A stretch of 64,000 nt of DNA from assembly GCA_963767925.1 (NCBI GenBank), contig CAVYGB010000002.1, forward strand, positions 832,001 through 896,000. The letters are read 5' to 3'. This DNA is from an uncultured delta proteobacterium (GTDB taxonomy: Bacteria > Myxococcota_A > Polyangia > Fen-1088). The notes beneath the pieces are model-generated. The model saw nothing but the letters and a program-made list of their open reading frames with translations, was not told where the DNA came from and searched no databases. Positions 50,504-60,697 of the stretch are shown here, piece by piece (position 1 is the first letter of the stretch; every line of letters begins with the position of its first letter). Made by a program: the position numbers and the translations under genes.

Positions 50504-52558
50504 TCAGAAGTCGCGGGCGGTCTGCAGGACGGCGGTGTCGAGGAAGGTGGCTGCCGTGGCGCCGGTGCCGTCGAAGGGGCGGCGGAACAGCTCGACCTTT
50601 GTCACCTTGCCCTCGTCGGCGACGTTGATCGCCCAGCGCAGGTACCCGGTTGTGCCGCTGTTGATGAGATAGGTGCGGCTGAGCGCTCCATCGAAGGTCA
50701 CCCGCACCGTGAAGTTGCAGCCCGCGCGGCAGACCGGGGCCGCCGCCGCCAGGTCGGCCTCCTTGCTGGGGTCGAGCGTCCGCAGGAGGTTGCCCCGGTA
50801 GTGCATGGGCGGCTGGATCACGCGCGCCTCGGGCGCGGTGGCCGAGCTGCCGCCGAACAGGGTGTAGACCGGGACGTCCCGCCGCACGGGGCGATCGTAG
50901 TAGCCGCCGTTGCGGGTGGTCGTGTCGGGAGCGAACTCTCCCGTCCCGGGGTTGTACTTGACGTAGCTCTCCTGCAGGTCGTCCCAGTAGACCCGGTCCT
51001 GGAAGAAGTCGAGCACCCACTGCACGGTGTAGGCTCCGAACCAGTTGTTGCCGCCGCCCGCCATCGGATCCCGCACGTAGAGCCCCGGGCGGCCGGCGCT
51101 GGGGCCGTCGGGCGTGCTGGGATCCCAGGGGGAGGCGAACGAGGCGGTCTCGTGCTGGCTCGGGACCACGCCGAAGTACTGGAAGTACTTCCAGTACGGA
51201 CCCACGCCGCAGCCGTCTTCGTTGGGCGTGCCGAGGATGCAACCGCTGCCGTCGGTCCGCTTGGCGAAGGGGTATTGCGAGCGGCCGTAGGCGTCTTCCA
51301 GGTGGGGCAGGCCGTAGGTGTGTCCGGTCTCGTGGCGGATCATGAGCTGCGAGGCGGGGCCCGCCGAGGCGTTGCCGCCCCCACCGAGCCCCCCGTTCCA
51401 GCCGCCCCGATCGAGCGCCACGAAGTAGGCCGCCTCCTGGGTCTGGCCGTTGGCCGCCCGGATGGTGGCGCCGATGCTCAGGCACTCGCCCACCTCGTCG
51501 AAGCCCCCTTCGCGGGTGAGCAGGATGCGATCGGGCCGGCCGCCGCGGGCGCTCATCACGAACGGATCGAAGACCATCGGCACCGGGAAGTGCGACCAGA
51601 CCAGGCTCTGCACCGGCAGCTCGTCGGCCATCCGGGGCATGTACTGCGGGACGCGGGGCGGAGTGGCGATGCCGTACATGACGGCCGCCATCTCCACCAC
51701 GAGCTGCCGGATGCCACCGCCCACCCGCAGCTCGCCGGGCGGGATGGTCCGGCTGGCGCCGCCGGCCTGGATCTGCAGGGCCAGGCCGGACCGGATCCAG
51801 GCCGCGGGGAGCTGCACCGTGAAGCTGTCGGCGAGGCTGGGTCGGGGCGAGACGCTGGCCGGCAGGGCGGGCGGCCCCTTCAGGCACAACGAACCGAGCG
51901 GCATTCCGTTGCGGGTGGCCGTCACCTTCACCTCGGGGGCGTCGCCCGCGCCGGTCACCCCCACCTTCAACAGGGCCGGGCGGTGGCTCACCAGCCGGAA
52001 CTTCGGCCGGGCCGCGCTGCCGCTGATGGTGATGGTGCCGGCCTCGTTGCGGGTGTAGTCCTCGCTGCTCGGCGGCAGCAGGTGGTTCTGTCCGATCAGC
52101 ACCTCGCTGATGGTGGCGCCGGCGTTGCCGGCGCCCGAGCAGGGCACGTCTCCGGTGGGGATGTCGCTGTAGTCGGCGCAGGCCGAGTCGGTGGCGAAGC
52201 CCGGCAGCGCGCCCGGCCCCAGCGCCTTCCAGCGCGCGCAGAAGCTCGCCATCGGCACGCCCCCGCCCCCCTCGTTGCCGGGACCCGGGCCCCCACCTCC
52301 GGTGATCGGCGGGGCGCCTCCGGGGCCCGGTCCCGCTCCCCCCGGGGTGGGTCTACCCTGCGGTCCTTCCGGCCCCGGCCCCTGCGGCCCCATCGGCGCG
52401 CCCATGGCCCCGCCGCCCGACATCCCGGGGCCCGGCATGGTCATCACGACGTCCCCCTCGGAGCAGCCGAGCCCGCCGGCCAGCACCACCAGCCCGAGCG
52501 GCCCGAGACGCGCGAAACGCCGCCCCCACCCAGGAACGAAGCAGACAGCATGGTTCAT
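50504..52558 (-). CDS. Zinc metalloprotease lipoprotein (M66/TagA-StcE-like)
   Basis: GLGC lipobox, Pro/Gly linker, HETGHTYGLPH (HExxHxxGxxH), DPM Met-turn. Confidence 0.75.
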   Translation of the reverse strand: MNHAVCFVPGWGRRFARLGPLGLVVLAGGLGCSEGDVVMTMPGPGMSGGGAMGAPMGPQGPGPEGPQGRPTPGGAGPGPGGAPPITGGGGPGPGNEGGGGVPMASFCARWKALGPGALPGFATDSACADYSDIPTGDVPCSGAGNAGATISEVLIGQNHLLPPSSEDYTRNEAGTITISGSAARPKFRLVSHRPALLKVGVTGAGDAPEVKVTATRNGMPLGSLCLKGPPALPASVSPRPSLADSFTVQLPAAWIRSGLALQIQAGGASRTIPPGELRVGGGIRQLVVEMAAVMYGIATPPRVPQYMPRMADELPVQSLVWSHFPVPMVFDPFVMSARGGRPDRILLTREGGFDEVGECLSIGATIRAANGQTQEAAYFVALDRGGWNGGLGGGGNASAGPASQLMIRHETGHTYGLPHLEDAYGRSQYPFAKRTDGSGCILGTPNEDGCGVGPYWKYFQYFGVVPSQHETASFASPWDPSTPDGPSAGRPGLYVRDPMAGGGNNWFGAYTVQWVLDFFQDRVYWDDLQESYVKYNPGTGEFAPDTTTRNGGYYDRPVRRDVPVYTLFGGSSATAPEARVIQPPMHYRGNLLRTLDPSKEADLAAAAPVCRAGCNFTVRVTFDGALSRTYLINSGTTGYLRWAINVADEGKVTKVELFRRPFDGTGATAATFLDTAVLQTARDF

Positions 52559-52798
52559 CCGAGCACCTCGGCCGCGAGGGTTTGGAGGCTCCCGGCGCGG
52601 AAGCCCCATCCTCACCGTTTCACAGAATGCCCCCCGCCTTGTTCCCGTCCGGGCGCGGTTTCACCCGGCGGAGCCCTCGTCGGGCCGGGGCCTCCGCCCG
52701 GGCCGGGCGTTCTCCAGGGGTAAGATCACGGTGCGGATGCCGGCCCGGTGGGCGGCGAGGATCTCGACCGCGCGCGCGGCCTTGCTGCGGCCCGGCCT

Positions 52799-53983
52799 CT
52801 ATTTCGGCGCGGGCGCGTTGATCGCGGCGATCCCGGTGGTGGGGAGGTGGGCGATGCTCCAGGTGGCGGCCGCCTGCGGCGACGAGGTCGCGAGCAGCAA
52901 GCCTCCGGCACGGTTGGCGAGCAGGCGGACCCGGAGGGGGGTCTCGCCGCCCCCGCCCAGGAGGCGCCAGGTCGCGCCGCCGTCGGGGCGGATCCACGAG
53001 ACGCTGTCCGCCGGGTCGCCCGACAGATCGGACAGGACGAGGTACAGGCCGCTGGCGTCGGCCAGGAGCTGCGTCTCGCGACCAGCGTCGGCGGCCGGCG
53101 TGACAACCGTGCAGGTGACCGCCCTGCCCTGGACCGCCACCCGCGCCACCCGCTTGGCGCCGAACGGGTCGAGCGCCAGCCAGGCGACGCCGCCGTGAAC
53201 GGCCAGCGCGTCGGCGGCGGACAGCCCCGAGGCCAGCCGTTGCGGGCTGGTGCCGTCGCGCCGGGCCCGCCACAGGGCGTTCTCCTCGACCCAGTAGATC
53301 GTGTCGCCTTCGAGGGCGATCGAGCGGGGCGGGGCCGACCGCGACAGGACGGTCGTCTCGCCGGTCGTGCGCGCCACCGCGCTGATCCCGACCGGGGAGA
53401 TCCGGGACAGGTAGAGGCGCTCCTCGTCTACCGCCAGCAGGCGCGTGCTCGAAGACGGCGGCACCACGCCGCTGATGGGGATGGAGCCGAGGACGGAGAT
53501 GGCGGCGCCCCCGGTCTTCGGCTGGGTGTAGAGCGCGCCGCTGGTGGGGGGTTTGGAGGGGAAGAACTCCAGCCAGGCCAGATCGTTCCCCGACGCCCAC
53601 AGCCGGCCGATGAGGGTGCGACCGGGGGAGAGCACCTGGTGGCTCAGCAGCCGCGGGGTGGGGGCGTCGAGCGGGAGCTGGTAGCTCTCGACGGTGGTCG
53701 GCTTCACGGTCGGCGCGGTCTCGTTGTCGTAGCTGACCCAGTAGACGCTCTCGCCGTCGAAGGTGAACCAGGGGTAGCCGAGGACGGAGAAGGTCGCGGT
53801 CTCCTGGAGGGCGGGGCGGGTGGTGCCGGCCAGGCTCGGGGTCGAGCTCCCCGCGGGGCACTCCGCGGCGATGGGGTCGGCGGCGGGATCCAGCGGGGTC
53901 GGCTCCGGGGCGTTGCCTGCGCCGCAGGCGGAGGCCCAGAGGAGGGCGGAGGCGGCGAGGAGGTGGCGGCGCCGGGGGGGCAT
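52799..53983 (-). CDS. Beta-propeller-like lipoprotein
   Basis: ASAC lipobox; repeated blades (FDGESVYW, VDEERLY, LEGDTIYW, ADASGLY). Confidence 0.7.
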   Translation of the reverse strand: MPPRRRHLLAASALLWASACGAGNAPEPTPLDPAADPIAAECPAGSSTPSLAGTTRPALQETATFSVLGYPWFTFDGESVYWVSYDNETAPTVKPTTVESYQLPLDAPTPRLLSHQVLSPGRTLIGRLWASGNDLAWLEFFPSKPPTSGALYTQPKTGGAAISVLGSIPISGVVPPSSSTRLLAVDEERLYLSRISPVGISAVARTTGETTVLSRSAPPRSIALEGDTIYWVEENALWRARRDGTSPQRLASGLSAADALAVHGGVAWLALDPFGAKRVARVAVQGRAVTCTVVTPAADAGRETQLLADASGLYLVLSDLSGDPADSVSWIRPDGGATWRLLGGGGETPLRVRLLANRAGGLLLATSSPQAAATWSIAHLPTTGIAAINAPAPK

Positions 53984-54157
53984 CTCGAAAGTGTACGTGC
54001 TTCGCTCCCGGTGCACCCGGACGCGTCGCGGAACCGGCGACGTGCTGCGCGGGGGTCGTGAAGGGGGGCTTCTACCCCACGCCTCGGGGACGCGGACGCG
54101 GACGGCCACGCGGGGTCCCTCCGTGGGGATGAGGCCGCGTCCCCGTACTCGTACGCG

Positions 54158-55069
54158 TCAGGCGCGGCGGCGGCGGCGGGAGAAGGCGAGAAGGAGGGCG
54201 AGCAGGGGTAGCGCGGCGCTGGGAGCGGTGGCGCTGGGGGCGAAGCTGCAGCCGGACTTGGGCGTGGCGGGGACGGTCGTGGGGGTGGGATCGACGACCG
54301 GGGGCATGGGGCGGGTGGTCGGCGCCTGCGGTGGGGTGATCGGTTCGGGAGCGGGGGGCTGGGCCAGGGGGGGTGGGGCGATGGGAGGGGGAGAGGCGTC
54401 TCTCATCTCGGGGGGCGGCTGGGCGCCGGCCTCGGCGACCGGGCGGGCGTCGTCGGCGCCGGCGTCGGGGGTCGCCGTGGGCGCGGGGCCGCCGTCGGTG
54501 GCGGGGGAGTCGGAGAAGCCGGGGGGCGGGGTATAGGTGCCGCCCTGGGACACGAAGGTCATCGCGATCCGCATACGGGTGGGCATGAAAGACGACTTGG
54601 GGTTGCCGCCGTTGTTGTTGGCCCGATCCTTCACGATGAGCTGGACGAGGTTGGTCTTGCCGTCCCAGTTGATCTGATTGAATTGATAAAACGAGCTGGC
54701 CGGCCGCATGGTCGTGACCCGCCCGGTGGTCTTGTAAAACTCGGTGCTGCGACAGCCATAGCGGGCGCCGTTGATGAAACAGATGTCGACCTGGGTGTCG
54801 AGCTGGCTCGGCTTGGTCAGCACGTCCTGCTCGATGTAGACCGTCCCCTGGGTGTAGTCGATCGGGGCCCGCCAGCTATCGGGCTGGGTGAAGGGCACCT
54901 GCGCGGACGGCCGCACGTCGTAGTGCGCGTCGTTCGTGTTCTGCAGGGTCGCTTCGTACTCGAAGTTGAAGAAGGTGAACTGCTCGGCGCCCGCGCGCGC
55001 GGGCGCACCGAGGGCGAGGGCCGCGCTCACCACCGCCAGCGCGCTGCCGCGAAACGTCCGGGTCGACAT
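54158..55069 (-). CDS. Secreted protein with MYXO-CTERM sorting signal
   Basis: Signal peptide, Pro-rich stalk, KSGCS...LLALLLAFSRRRRRA. Confidence 0.82.
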   Translation of the reverse strand: MSTRTFRGSALAVVSAALALGAPARAGAEQFTFFNFEYEATLQNTNDAHYDVRPSAQVPFTQPDSWRAPIDYTQGTVYIEQDVLTKPSQLDTQVDICFINGARYGCRSTEFYKTTGRVTTMRPASSFYQFNQINWDGKTNLVQLIVKDRANNNGGNPKSSFMPTRMRIAMTFVSQGGTYTPPPGFSDSPATDGGPAPTATPDAGADDARPVAEAGAQPPPEMRDASPPPIAPPPLAQPPAPEPITPPQAPTTRPMPPVVDPTPTTVPATPKSGCSFAPSATAPSAALPLLALLLAFSRRRRRA

Positions 55070-55171
55070 GGTCGGCGACCCTATCACGATCGCCGGGGGC
55101 GGAAACGTTGCCGCCACCGGGCCGCCCTGCCGAAACCGCAGGAGCCTGGCGCTGCGTCGCGGGCGCGGGGC

Positions 55172-55744
55172 TCACCACTTGCCGCGGAGGGCGACCTGAC
55201 CGGACAGGGGCGCCACGTCGACGCGGAAGCGGCGCTCGGGGTGGTTGGCCTTCACGGTGTCGTTGTTGATGTAGAGGTAGACGGGCGTGGGGCCGACCGG
55301 GGGCAGCGGGGCGATGTAGCCTGCGCCCATGGTGCCGAAGACGATCTGCTTGGCCACCGTGGGCGACAGCGTCGCCGAGGGTGCCGAGGTGGTGCCGGTG
55401 ACGTCGAAGGTGCTCACACCGACCCGGGCCCGGATGACGTGAAGGGCCGGGTCGGAGGTGGTCGGGGCCACCAGGGGCGCGGTGGGTGAGGTCCCGGGCC
55501 TGGCGGCGCGAATCTCCACCCGGTCCGAATAGATGAAGGCGTAGCGGGGTAAGCGGGTGGCGACCGCCTCCATGCGGGCCCGCTGCAGCTCGGCCGAGAC
55601 CTCCTCGGCGTAGCCCTTGCCGCCAGACGCCGCCTTGTCCCGGCTGAGGCTCGGCGCGGCCGCTGCCGCCATCGCGCCCATGATGGTCACGACCGTCATG
55701 AGCTCTGCGACCGTGAACCCTGCGTCGCCGTTTCGTCGTTGCAT
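55172..55744 (-). CDS. Type IV prepilin-like (FimT/GspH-like) protein, copy 1
   Basis: RRNGDAG-FTVAELMTVVTIMG prepilin motif; ARMEAV. Confidence 0.88.
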   Translation of the reverse strand: MQRRNGDAGFTVAELMTVVTIMGAMAAAAAPSLSRDKAASGGKGYAEEVSAELQRARMEAVATRLPRYAFIYSDRVEIRAARPGTSPTAPLVAPTTSDPALHVIRARVGVSTFDVTGTTSAPSATLSPTVAKQIVFGTMGAGYIAPLPPVGPTPVYLYINNDTVKANHPERRFRVDVAPLSGQVALRGKW

Positions 55745-55760
55745 CTTGCTGGAGGGTATT

Positions 55761-55776
55761 TGCAAGGCCGGGTCCA
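55761..55776 (-). promoter_or_regulatory. Putative sigma54 promoter, pilin copy 1
   Basis: TGGACCCGGCCTTGCA (GG-N10-GC). Confidence 0.55.
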
Positions 55777-55860
55777 CACCCGACCGCGCCGATGATCCCG
55801 AGGTTTCCAGCTCGCTGCCGCACACCGGCTGCGGCCCTCGCGGCGCGATCCCGGGGCGAG

Positions 55861-55898
55861 TCCGCGCAACAGTGTTGTCAGCAGCAGGCAACGACCAC
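55861..55898. promoter_or_regulatory. Conserved upstream motif (GCAACAGTGTTG), copy 1
   Basis: Shared with 56783-56820 while the surrounding intergenic DNA has diverged. Confidence 0.55.
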
Positions 55899-55924
55899 CT
55901 CGCGCTCGACCGCACCGCCACCGC

Positions 55925-56500
55925 TCACCACTTGCCGCGGAGAGCGACCTGGCCGGACAGGGGGGCCACGTCGACCCGGAAGCGGCGCTCGGGGTGGTTG
56001 GGCTTCACGGTGTCGTTGTTGATGTAGAGGTAGACCGGGGTGGGGTTGGTCGGCACGACCGGCGCGATGTGGCCGGCGCCCATGCTGCCGAAGACGATCT
56101 GCTTGGCGACGGTGGGCGACAGCGTGGCGGACGGGGCGGTCGAGGTGCCGGTGACGTCGAAGGTGCTCACACCGACCCGGGCGCGGATGACATGCAGGAC
56201 GGGGTCGGAGGTGGTGGGGGCGAGGAGGGCGGCGGTCGGCGAGGCGCCGGGGCGGGCGGCGCGGATCTCGACGCGGTCCGAATAGATGAAGGCGTAGCGG
56301 GGCAAGCGGGTGGCAACGGCCTCCATGCGCGCGCGCTGCAGCTGCTGCGAGACTTCCTCGGCGTAGCCCTTGCCGCTGGACGCGGCCTTGTCGCGGGTCA
56401 GGCTCGGCCCTGCCGCCGCGGCCATCGCGCCCATGATTGTCACGACCGTCATCAGCTCCGCCATCGTGAACCCTGCTTCGCCGTTCCGCCGTTTCGCCAT
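55925..56500 (-). CDS. Type IV prepilin-like (FimT/GspH-like) protein, copy 2
   Basis: RRNGEAG-FTMAELMTVVTIMG; highly similar to copy 1. Confidence 0.88.
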   Translation of the reverse strand: MAKRRNGEAGFTMAELMTVVTIMGAMAAAAGPSLTRDKAASSGKGYAEEVSQQLQRARMEAVATRLPRYAFIYSDRVEIRAARPGASPTAALLAPTTSDPVLHVIRARVGVSTFDVTGTSTAPSATLSPTVAKQIVFGSMGAGHIAPVVPTNPTPVYLYINNDTVKPNHPERRFRVDVAPLSGQVALRGKW

Positions 56501-56512
56501 ACCAGAGGACAC

Positions 56513-56528
56513 TGCAAGGGCGAGACCA
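56513..56528 (-). promoter_or_regulatory. Putative sigma54 promoter, pilin copy 2
   Basis: TGGTCTCGCCCTTGCA (GG-N10-GC). Confidence 0.55.
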
Positions 56529-56782
56529 CGGAAGAACCCGGCGGGATCCCTCGGTCGCCAGGGGCGGTCGCTGTCCGCGGCGGTGCGAGCGCCGGCCGAT
56601 CGAGACGGCCTGTCGGGTCGGCGGCGAGACGACCACGCGCCCGGTCGCGCGGCGGCTGGCTCGGTAAATCCCCCGTGAGATCCGCAGGCTCGCCGCGCGG
56701 GACGCCCCCTTCGCTTCGCATCGATCGGCGCGCCTGCGCCCGCCAACCTGCTCCGGCGCTAAGGACCCGAGCCCGCGACCGA

Positions 56783-56820
56783 TCCGCGCAACAGTGTTGC
56801 AAGGGGCAGGCAACGACCAC
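56783..56820. promoter_or_regulatory. Conserved upstream palindrome GCAACAGTGTTGC, copy 2
   Basis: Perfect GCAACA-G-TGTTGC followed by GCAGGCAACGACCAC, as in copy 1. Confidence 0.55.
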
Positions 56821-57109
56821 ACTGCGCGCCGCTGCCCGCCTGCCCCCTCACCTCCCCTTCGCTGCCACCCGGGCCGCCTTTCCCGACAGCGCCCCACCTC
56901 CGGGGCCGTCCCGTCGCCGGTCGGCCGTCCGTCGGGGGCCCGGGCGCGCTCCCGCTGAAACTCCTGTTCATTTCGAGTCGCGGCCGGCGAGCGACCGCCA
57001 TCTCCTTGACGGTCCGCGGGCGGCGACCTTACCGTCTCAACGTTTTCATCACGATCACGTGCCGTGATCGCGTCGGGTCGGTCCCATCCCCCTTCCCCGG
57101 AGGCGTCCC

Positions 57110-58432
57110 GTGAAGCAGCCCTCGAACGCATCGCCCACCGGCGCCCTCAACCGCCGACAGATGCTCACCCGGACCGGCCTCGCGCTGGCCGCCTCGCCCT
57201 TCCTGGCGCGCTCGGCCTCGGCGCAGACGGCCGGGCAGCCGCTGCGGCTGATCTGCTGGCCGCTGTTCAACGGCGCCGAGTCGAACTACTTCTACCCCGG
57301 CGGGGGCAGCGCCTCGACGCTGAGCACGATCACCGAACCGCTGCGCAAACACGCCGGCCTGGTGTCGTTCATCCGCGGCGTCAACATCTCCGGGTCGGTC
57401 AACCACTACGCCATCCGCAGCATGTACACGGGGGGCAACGTCAGCAGCTACACCTCGCCCGACCCCACCTTGGCCTCGATCGATCAGCTCGTCGCCAACC
57501 ACATCGCGAAGACCGCGCCCACCCCCGTCAAGTCGGTGCACCTCGGCGTCATCCCGGCCGACTCGCTGGCCGCCTACCACCGCGGCCAGTCGATGGTCTT
57601 CTTCGCCCCCGCCCGGGTCGACTACGAGGCCAACCCGGTCACCGCCTTCGACCGGCTGTTCGGGGGCGCCGGGGCCGGCGCGCCCGCCGCGCCGATGGGC
57701 GCCGATCTCTCCGAGCCGGCGCGGGCGGTGCTCGACGCCGAGCTCTCCGAGCTCTCCACGAAGGTGTCCGGCATCGCCAGCGAGACGCGCAAGCTGGAGC
57801 TGCACCGCGACTCCTGGAAGGACCTGCGCGCCTCGGCGCGGCCGAGCGGCGTCGGCCCGGTGGCGGCGTCCGGCCCCCTGGCGAGCGTCGAGAAGCTGCG
57901 CCCCCTCATCCAGGACAACGCCAAGGACGCCTACAAGCGCGACTACTTCGCCGACCTGTTCGACGCCCAGGTCGACAACATGGCCCGCGTCCTGGTCAGC
58001 GGCCTGTCCCGGGTGGTGACCATCCAGCCGGGCAGCGCCGACAACAACCTGATCGTCCCGGTGGGCCGCGGCTATCCCCACCACAACACCTCCCACGGCA
58101 ACCAGACCACCTTCTCGATGGTGCAGCAGTACTACTTCACGAAGATGGCCCGGCTGCTCGACGCCCTCGACGTCCCCGACCCGCTCGACCCCGGACGCAC
58201 GGTGCTCGACAACAGCCTCATCGTCATGATCGCCGAGTGCCTGCCCGTCTCGCACTCGAGCAACGGAGTGCCGACGATGCTGGTCGGCAAGCTGGGCGGC
58301 AAGATCAAGGCCGGCGCTTACATCAACCAGAGCGGCATCACGAACAAGAACGTCATGGCGACCGTCCTGCGCGCCTTCGGTCTCGAGGGCGCCCACTTCG
58401 GCTCGACCCTGGTCAATGGGGTGCTGTCATGA
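57110..58432 (+). CDS. DUF1552 family protein (Tat signal)
   Basis: LNRRQML, SIDQLVA, NPVTAFDRLF, HHNTSH, TVLDNSLI. Confidence 0.88.
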   Translation: MKQPSNASPTGALNRRQMLTRTGLALAASPFLARSASAQTAGQPLRLICWPLFNGAESNYFYPGGGSASTLSTITEPLRKHAGLVSFIRGVNISGSVNHYAIRSMYTGGNVSSYTSPDPTLASIDQLVANHIAKTAPTPVKSVHLGVIPADSLAAYHRGQSMVFFAPARVDYEANPVTAFDRLFGGAGAGAPAAPMGADLSEPARAVLDAELSELSTKVSGIASETRKLELHRDSWKDLRASARPSGVGPVAASGPLASVEKLRPLIQDNAKDAYKRDYFADLFDAQVDNMARVLVSGLSRVVTIQPGSADNNLIVPVGRGYPHHNTSHGNQTTFSMVQQYYFTKMARLLDALDVPDPLDPGRTVLDNSLIVMIAECLPVSHSSNGVPTMLVGKLGGKIKAGAYINQSGITNKNVMATVLRAFGLEGAHFGSTLVNGVLS

Positions 58433-60189
58433 ACCGGCTCGCGACCTCCCTGTCCCTCGCGCTGGCCCTCGGCTGCACGGGCGCCGTCCAGGACGGTGCC
58501 CCCGGCGGCACAAACCCGGGCGGACCCGGCGCGAACCCGAGCGCCCCCGGCAACACCCCCGGCGCCCCGCCCAGCCCCGGCAACACCGCCACCCCCGGCG
58601 CGCCGCCGAGCGACGACCCGGCCGCGCCGCCCTCGGCCCAGGTGGCCTGCACCAGCGGCAGCGAGACGGTCGGCCGGCGCGTGCTGCGCCGCCTGACCAA
58701 CGGCGAGCTGGAGGCCACCATCCGCGCCGCCTTCGGCCTCGGCGCCGCGCAGTGGCCGGGGCTGACCGTGCCGCCCGATCCCGGCTCGCCCGACGGGTTC
58801 AACAACCACGTCGACCACCTGACCGCGGGGGCCGAATACGTGCGCGGCCTCGAGGAGAGCGGCCGCAAGGTCGCGGCGCTGGTCTCGACCGACCTGCTGG
58901 CCCAGGTCGCCCCCTGCGCCGCCGCGGGCGACGCCGCCTGCGCCGAGGCCTTCCTCGACACCGTCGGCCCGCGCCTGTACCGCCGCCCGCTGACCGCGGT
59001 GGAGAAGGCCCGTTACCTCGCGCTGCACACCCGCGCGAGCAGCGCCGGCCCGCCCGACTTCAAGGCCTTCGTCTACTGGGCCACCGCGACGATGTTGCAG
59101 TCGCCGCACGTGATCTACCGGAGCGAGCTGGGCCAGCCCGACGGGGCCGGCCGCTTCCGCCTGACCCCCCACGAGGTGGCCAGCGCCCTCGCCTACACCT
59201 TCACCGGCGGCCCCCCCGGCGCCGAGCTGCTCGAGCTGGCGGCCGCCAACCGGCTGGCCACCGCCGACGACGTCGAGGCCGCCGCCCGCGGGTTGATGTT
59301 CGAGCGCCCTGGCGTGGTGCGCCCGGCCTTCCGGGGCGTGCTCCTGCGCTTCGCCGACCAGTGGCTCAGCCTCGACACCCTGTCGAACATCAAGAAGGAC
59401 GCCCTGGCCTTCCCCGACTTCAACGCCCAGATCCAGGACGCCCTCGCCGGCGAGACCGAGCGCTTCCTCACCACCGTGCTGCTCGAGGAGAAGGGGACGC
59501 TGGCTAGCCTGCTGACGGCCCCCTTCACCTTCGTCGACAGCCGCCTGGCCCGCTACTACGGCTACGGCGCCGCCAGCGGGAGCGACTTCGTGAAGGTCGA
59601 GCGTCCGGCCGACTGGGGCGTGGGCCTGCTGGCCCAGGGCTCGATGCTGGCCATCGAGTCGCACAGCCTGTCGACCTCCCCGACCAAGCGGGGCATCCTG
59701 GTCCGCTCGCGCCTGCTCTGTGGGGTGGTCCCGCCGCCGCCGCCGGTGGTCAACCCCTTGCCCGAGCCGACCGAGGCCGACACCACCCGCCAGCGCTACG
59801 AGCTCCTCCACCTGGCCGACGCGAGCTGCAAGGCCTGCCACCAGCTCATGGATCCCATCGGCTTCGCCTTCGAGCACCTCGACGCCTCCGGCCGCTACCG
59901 GGCCAAGGAAGGCAAGTTCGACATCGACGACAGCGGCGTCGTGACCGGCACCAGCGCCGGCGACCTCCCCTTCCGCGGCCCCACCGAGCTGGCCCAGGCC
60001 CTCGCCCGCCTGCCCGAGACCAACGACTGCCTGGCCGCCTACGCCGCCACCTTCACCTTCGGCGTCAGCCAGGAGAACGCCGCCTGCCTCGTGCGCGGCG
60101 CCACCGCCGACCTCCGGGCCGGCGCCAGCGTCGTCGACTTCTTCCTGCGCCTCTCCCGCTCCGACCACTTCCGCCTCCGCCAGCCCTGA
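58429..60189 (+). CDS. DUF1592/DUF1588-family lipoprotein with a heme-c-like CxxCH motif
   Basis: ALGC lipobox, LRRLT, LQSPHVIYRSE, SPTKRG, CKACHQLMDPIGFAFE. Confidence 0.88.
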   Translation: MNRLATSLSLALALGCTGAVQDGAPGGTNPGGPGANPSAPGNTPGAPPSPGNTATPGAPPSDDPAAPPSAQVACTSGSETVGRRVLRRLTNGELEATIRAAFGLGAAQWPGLTVPPDPGSPDGFNNHVDHLTAGAEYVRGLEESGRKVAALVSTDLLAQVAPCAAAGDAACAEAFLDTVGPRLYRRPLTAVEKARYLALHTRASSAGPPDFKAFVYWATATMLQSPHVIYRSELGQPDGAGRFRLTPHEVASALAYTFTGGPPGAELLELAAANRLATADDVEAAARGLMFERPGVVRPAFRGVLLRFADQWLSLDTLSNIKKDALAFPDFNAQIQDALAGETERFLTTVLLEEKGTLASLLTAPFTFVDSRLARYYGYGAASGSDFVKVERPADWGVGLLAQGSMLAIESHSLSTSPTKRGILVRSRLLCGVVPPPPPVVNPLPEPTEADTTRQRYELLHLADASCKACHQLMDPIGFAFEHLDASGRYRAKEGKFDIDDSGVVTGTSAGDLPFRGPTELAQALARLPETNDCLAAYAATFTFGVSQENAACLVRGATADLRAGASVVDFFLRLSRSDHFRLRQP

Positions 60190-60244
60190 CCTCCCCGGGC
60201 GCAAGCACGACCGGCGCGAGCGGCGGGCGCGGGCGGCGCCCCGC

Positions 60245-60697
60245 TCAGCGCGAGGGCGGCGTCTTCTTGCGCTTGCGCTGCAGGGTCGACCGGCGGACGC
60301 CGAGCACGCGCGCGGCCTCGGAGACGTTGCCCAGGCAGGACATCACGAAGTCGATGTAGTGCCACTCGACGAAGTAGAGCGTCGGCAGCTCGGAGGCAGC
60401 GGCCACCATGAGCTTCGGCGCGGCCTCCTCCGCCTCCTGCTGAAAGGGAATGCAGATCGCCCGCTCCGGATCCCGGAGGACGTGCCGGCTCTCCGTGAGA
60501 GGGGGGCGTTCCTGGCAAGCCCGCGCCTCCTGCGCCCGCATGAAGTCCTCACGGTCGCTCGCCTCCATGAAGGTCGGTTTCCAGCTCTCGACCCGCCAGC
60601 CCCGGGAGGTGACGAGCGGGTCGAAGGCATCTTGGGGGGTTATCCGCTGCCCAAAGGCCAGCAGTGCGCTCGGTTGCTTCGGATCGTGTCGTGCCAT
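60245..60697 (-). CDS. Fis/RegA-type HTH protein lacking a recognisable receiver domain
   Basis: PTL..VEWHYI...GNVSEAARVLGVRRSTLQRK; AAGGA RBS. Confidence 0.7.
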   Translation of the reverse strand: MARHDPKQPSALLAFGQRITPQDAFDPLVTSRGWRVESWKPTFMEASDREDFMRAQEARACQERPPLTESRHVLRDPERAICIPFQQEAEEAAPKLMVAAASELPTLYFVEWHYIDFVMSCLGNVSEAARVLGVRRSTLQRKRKKTPPSR

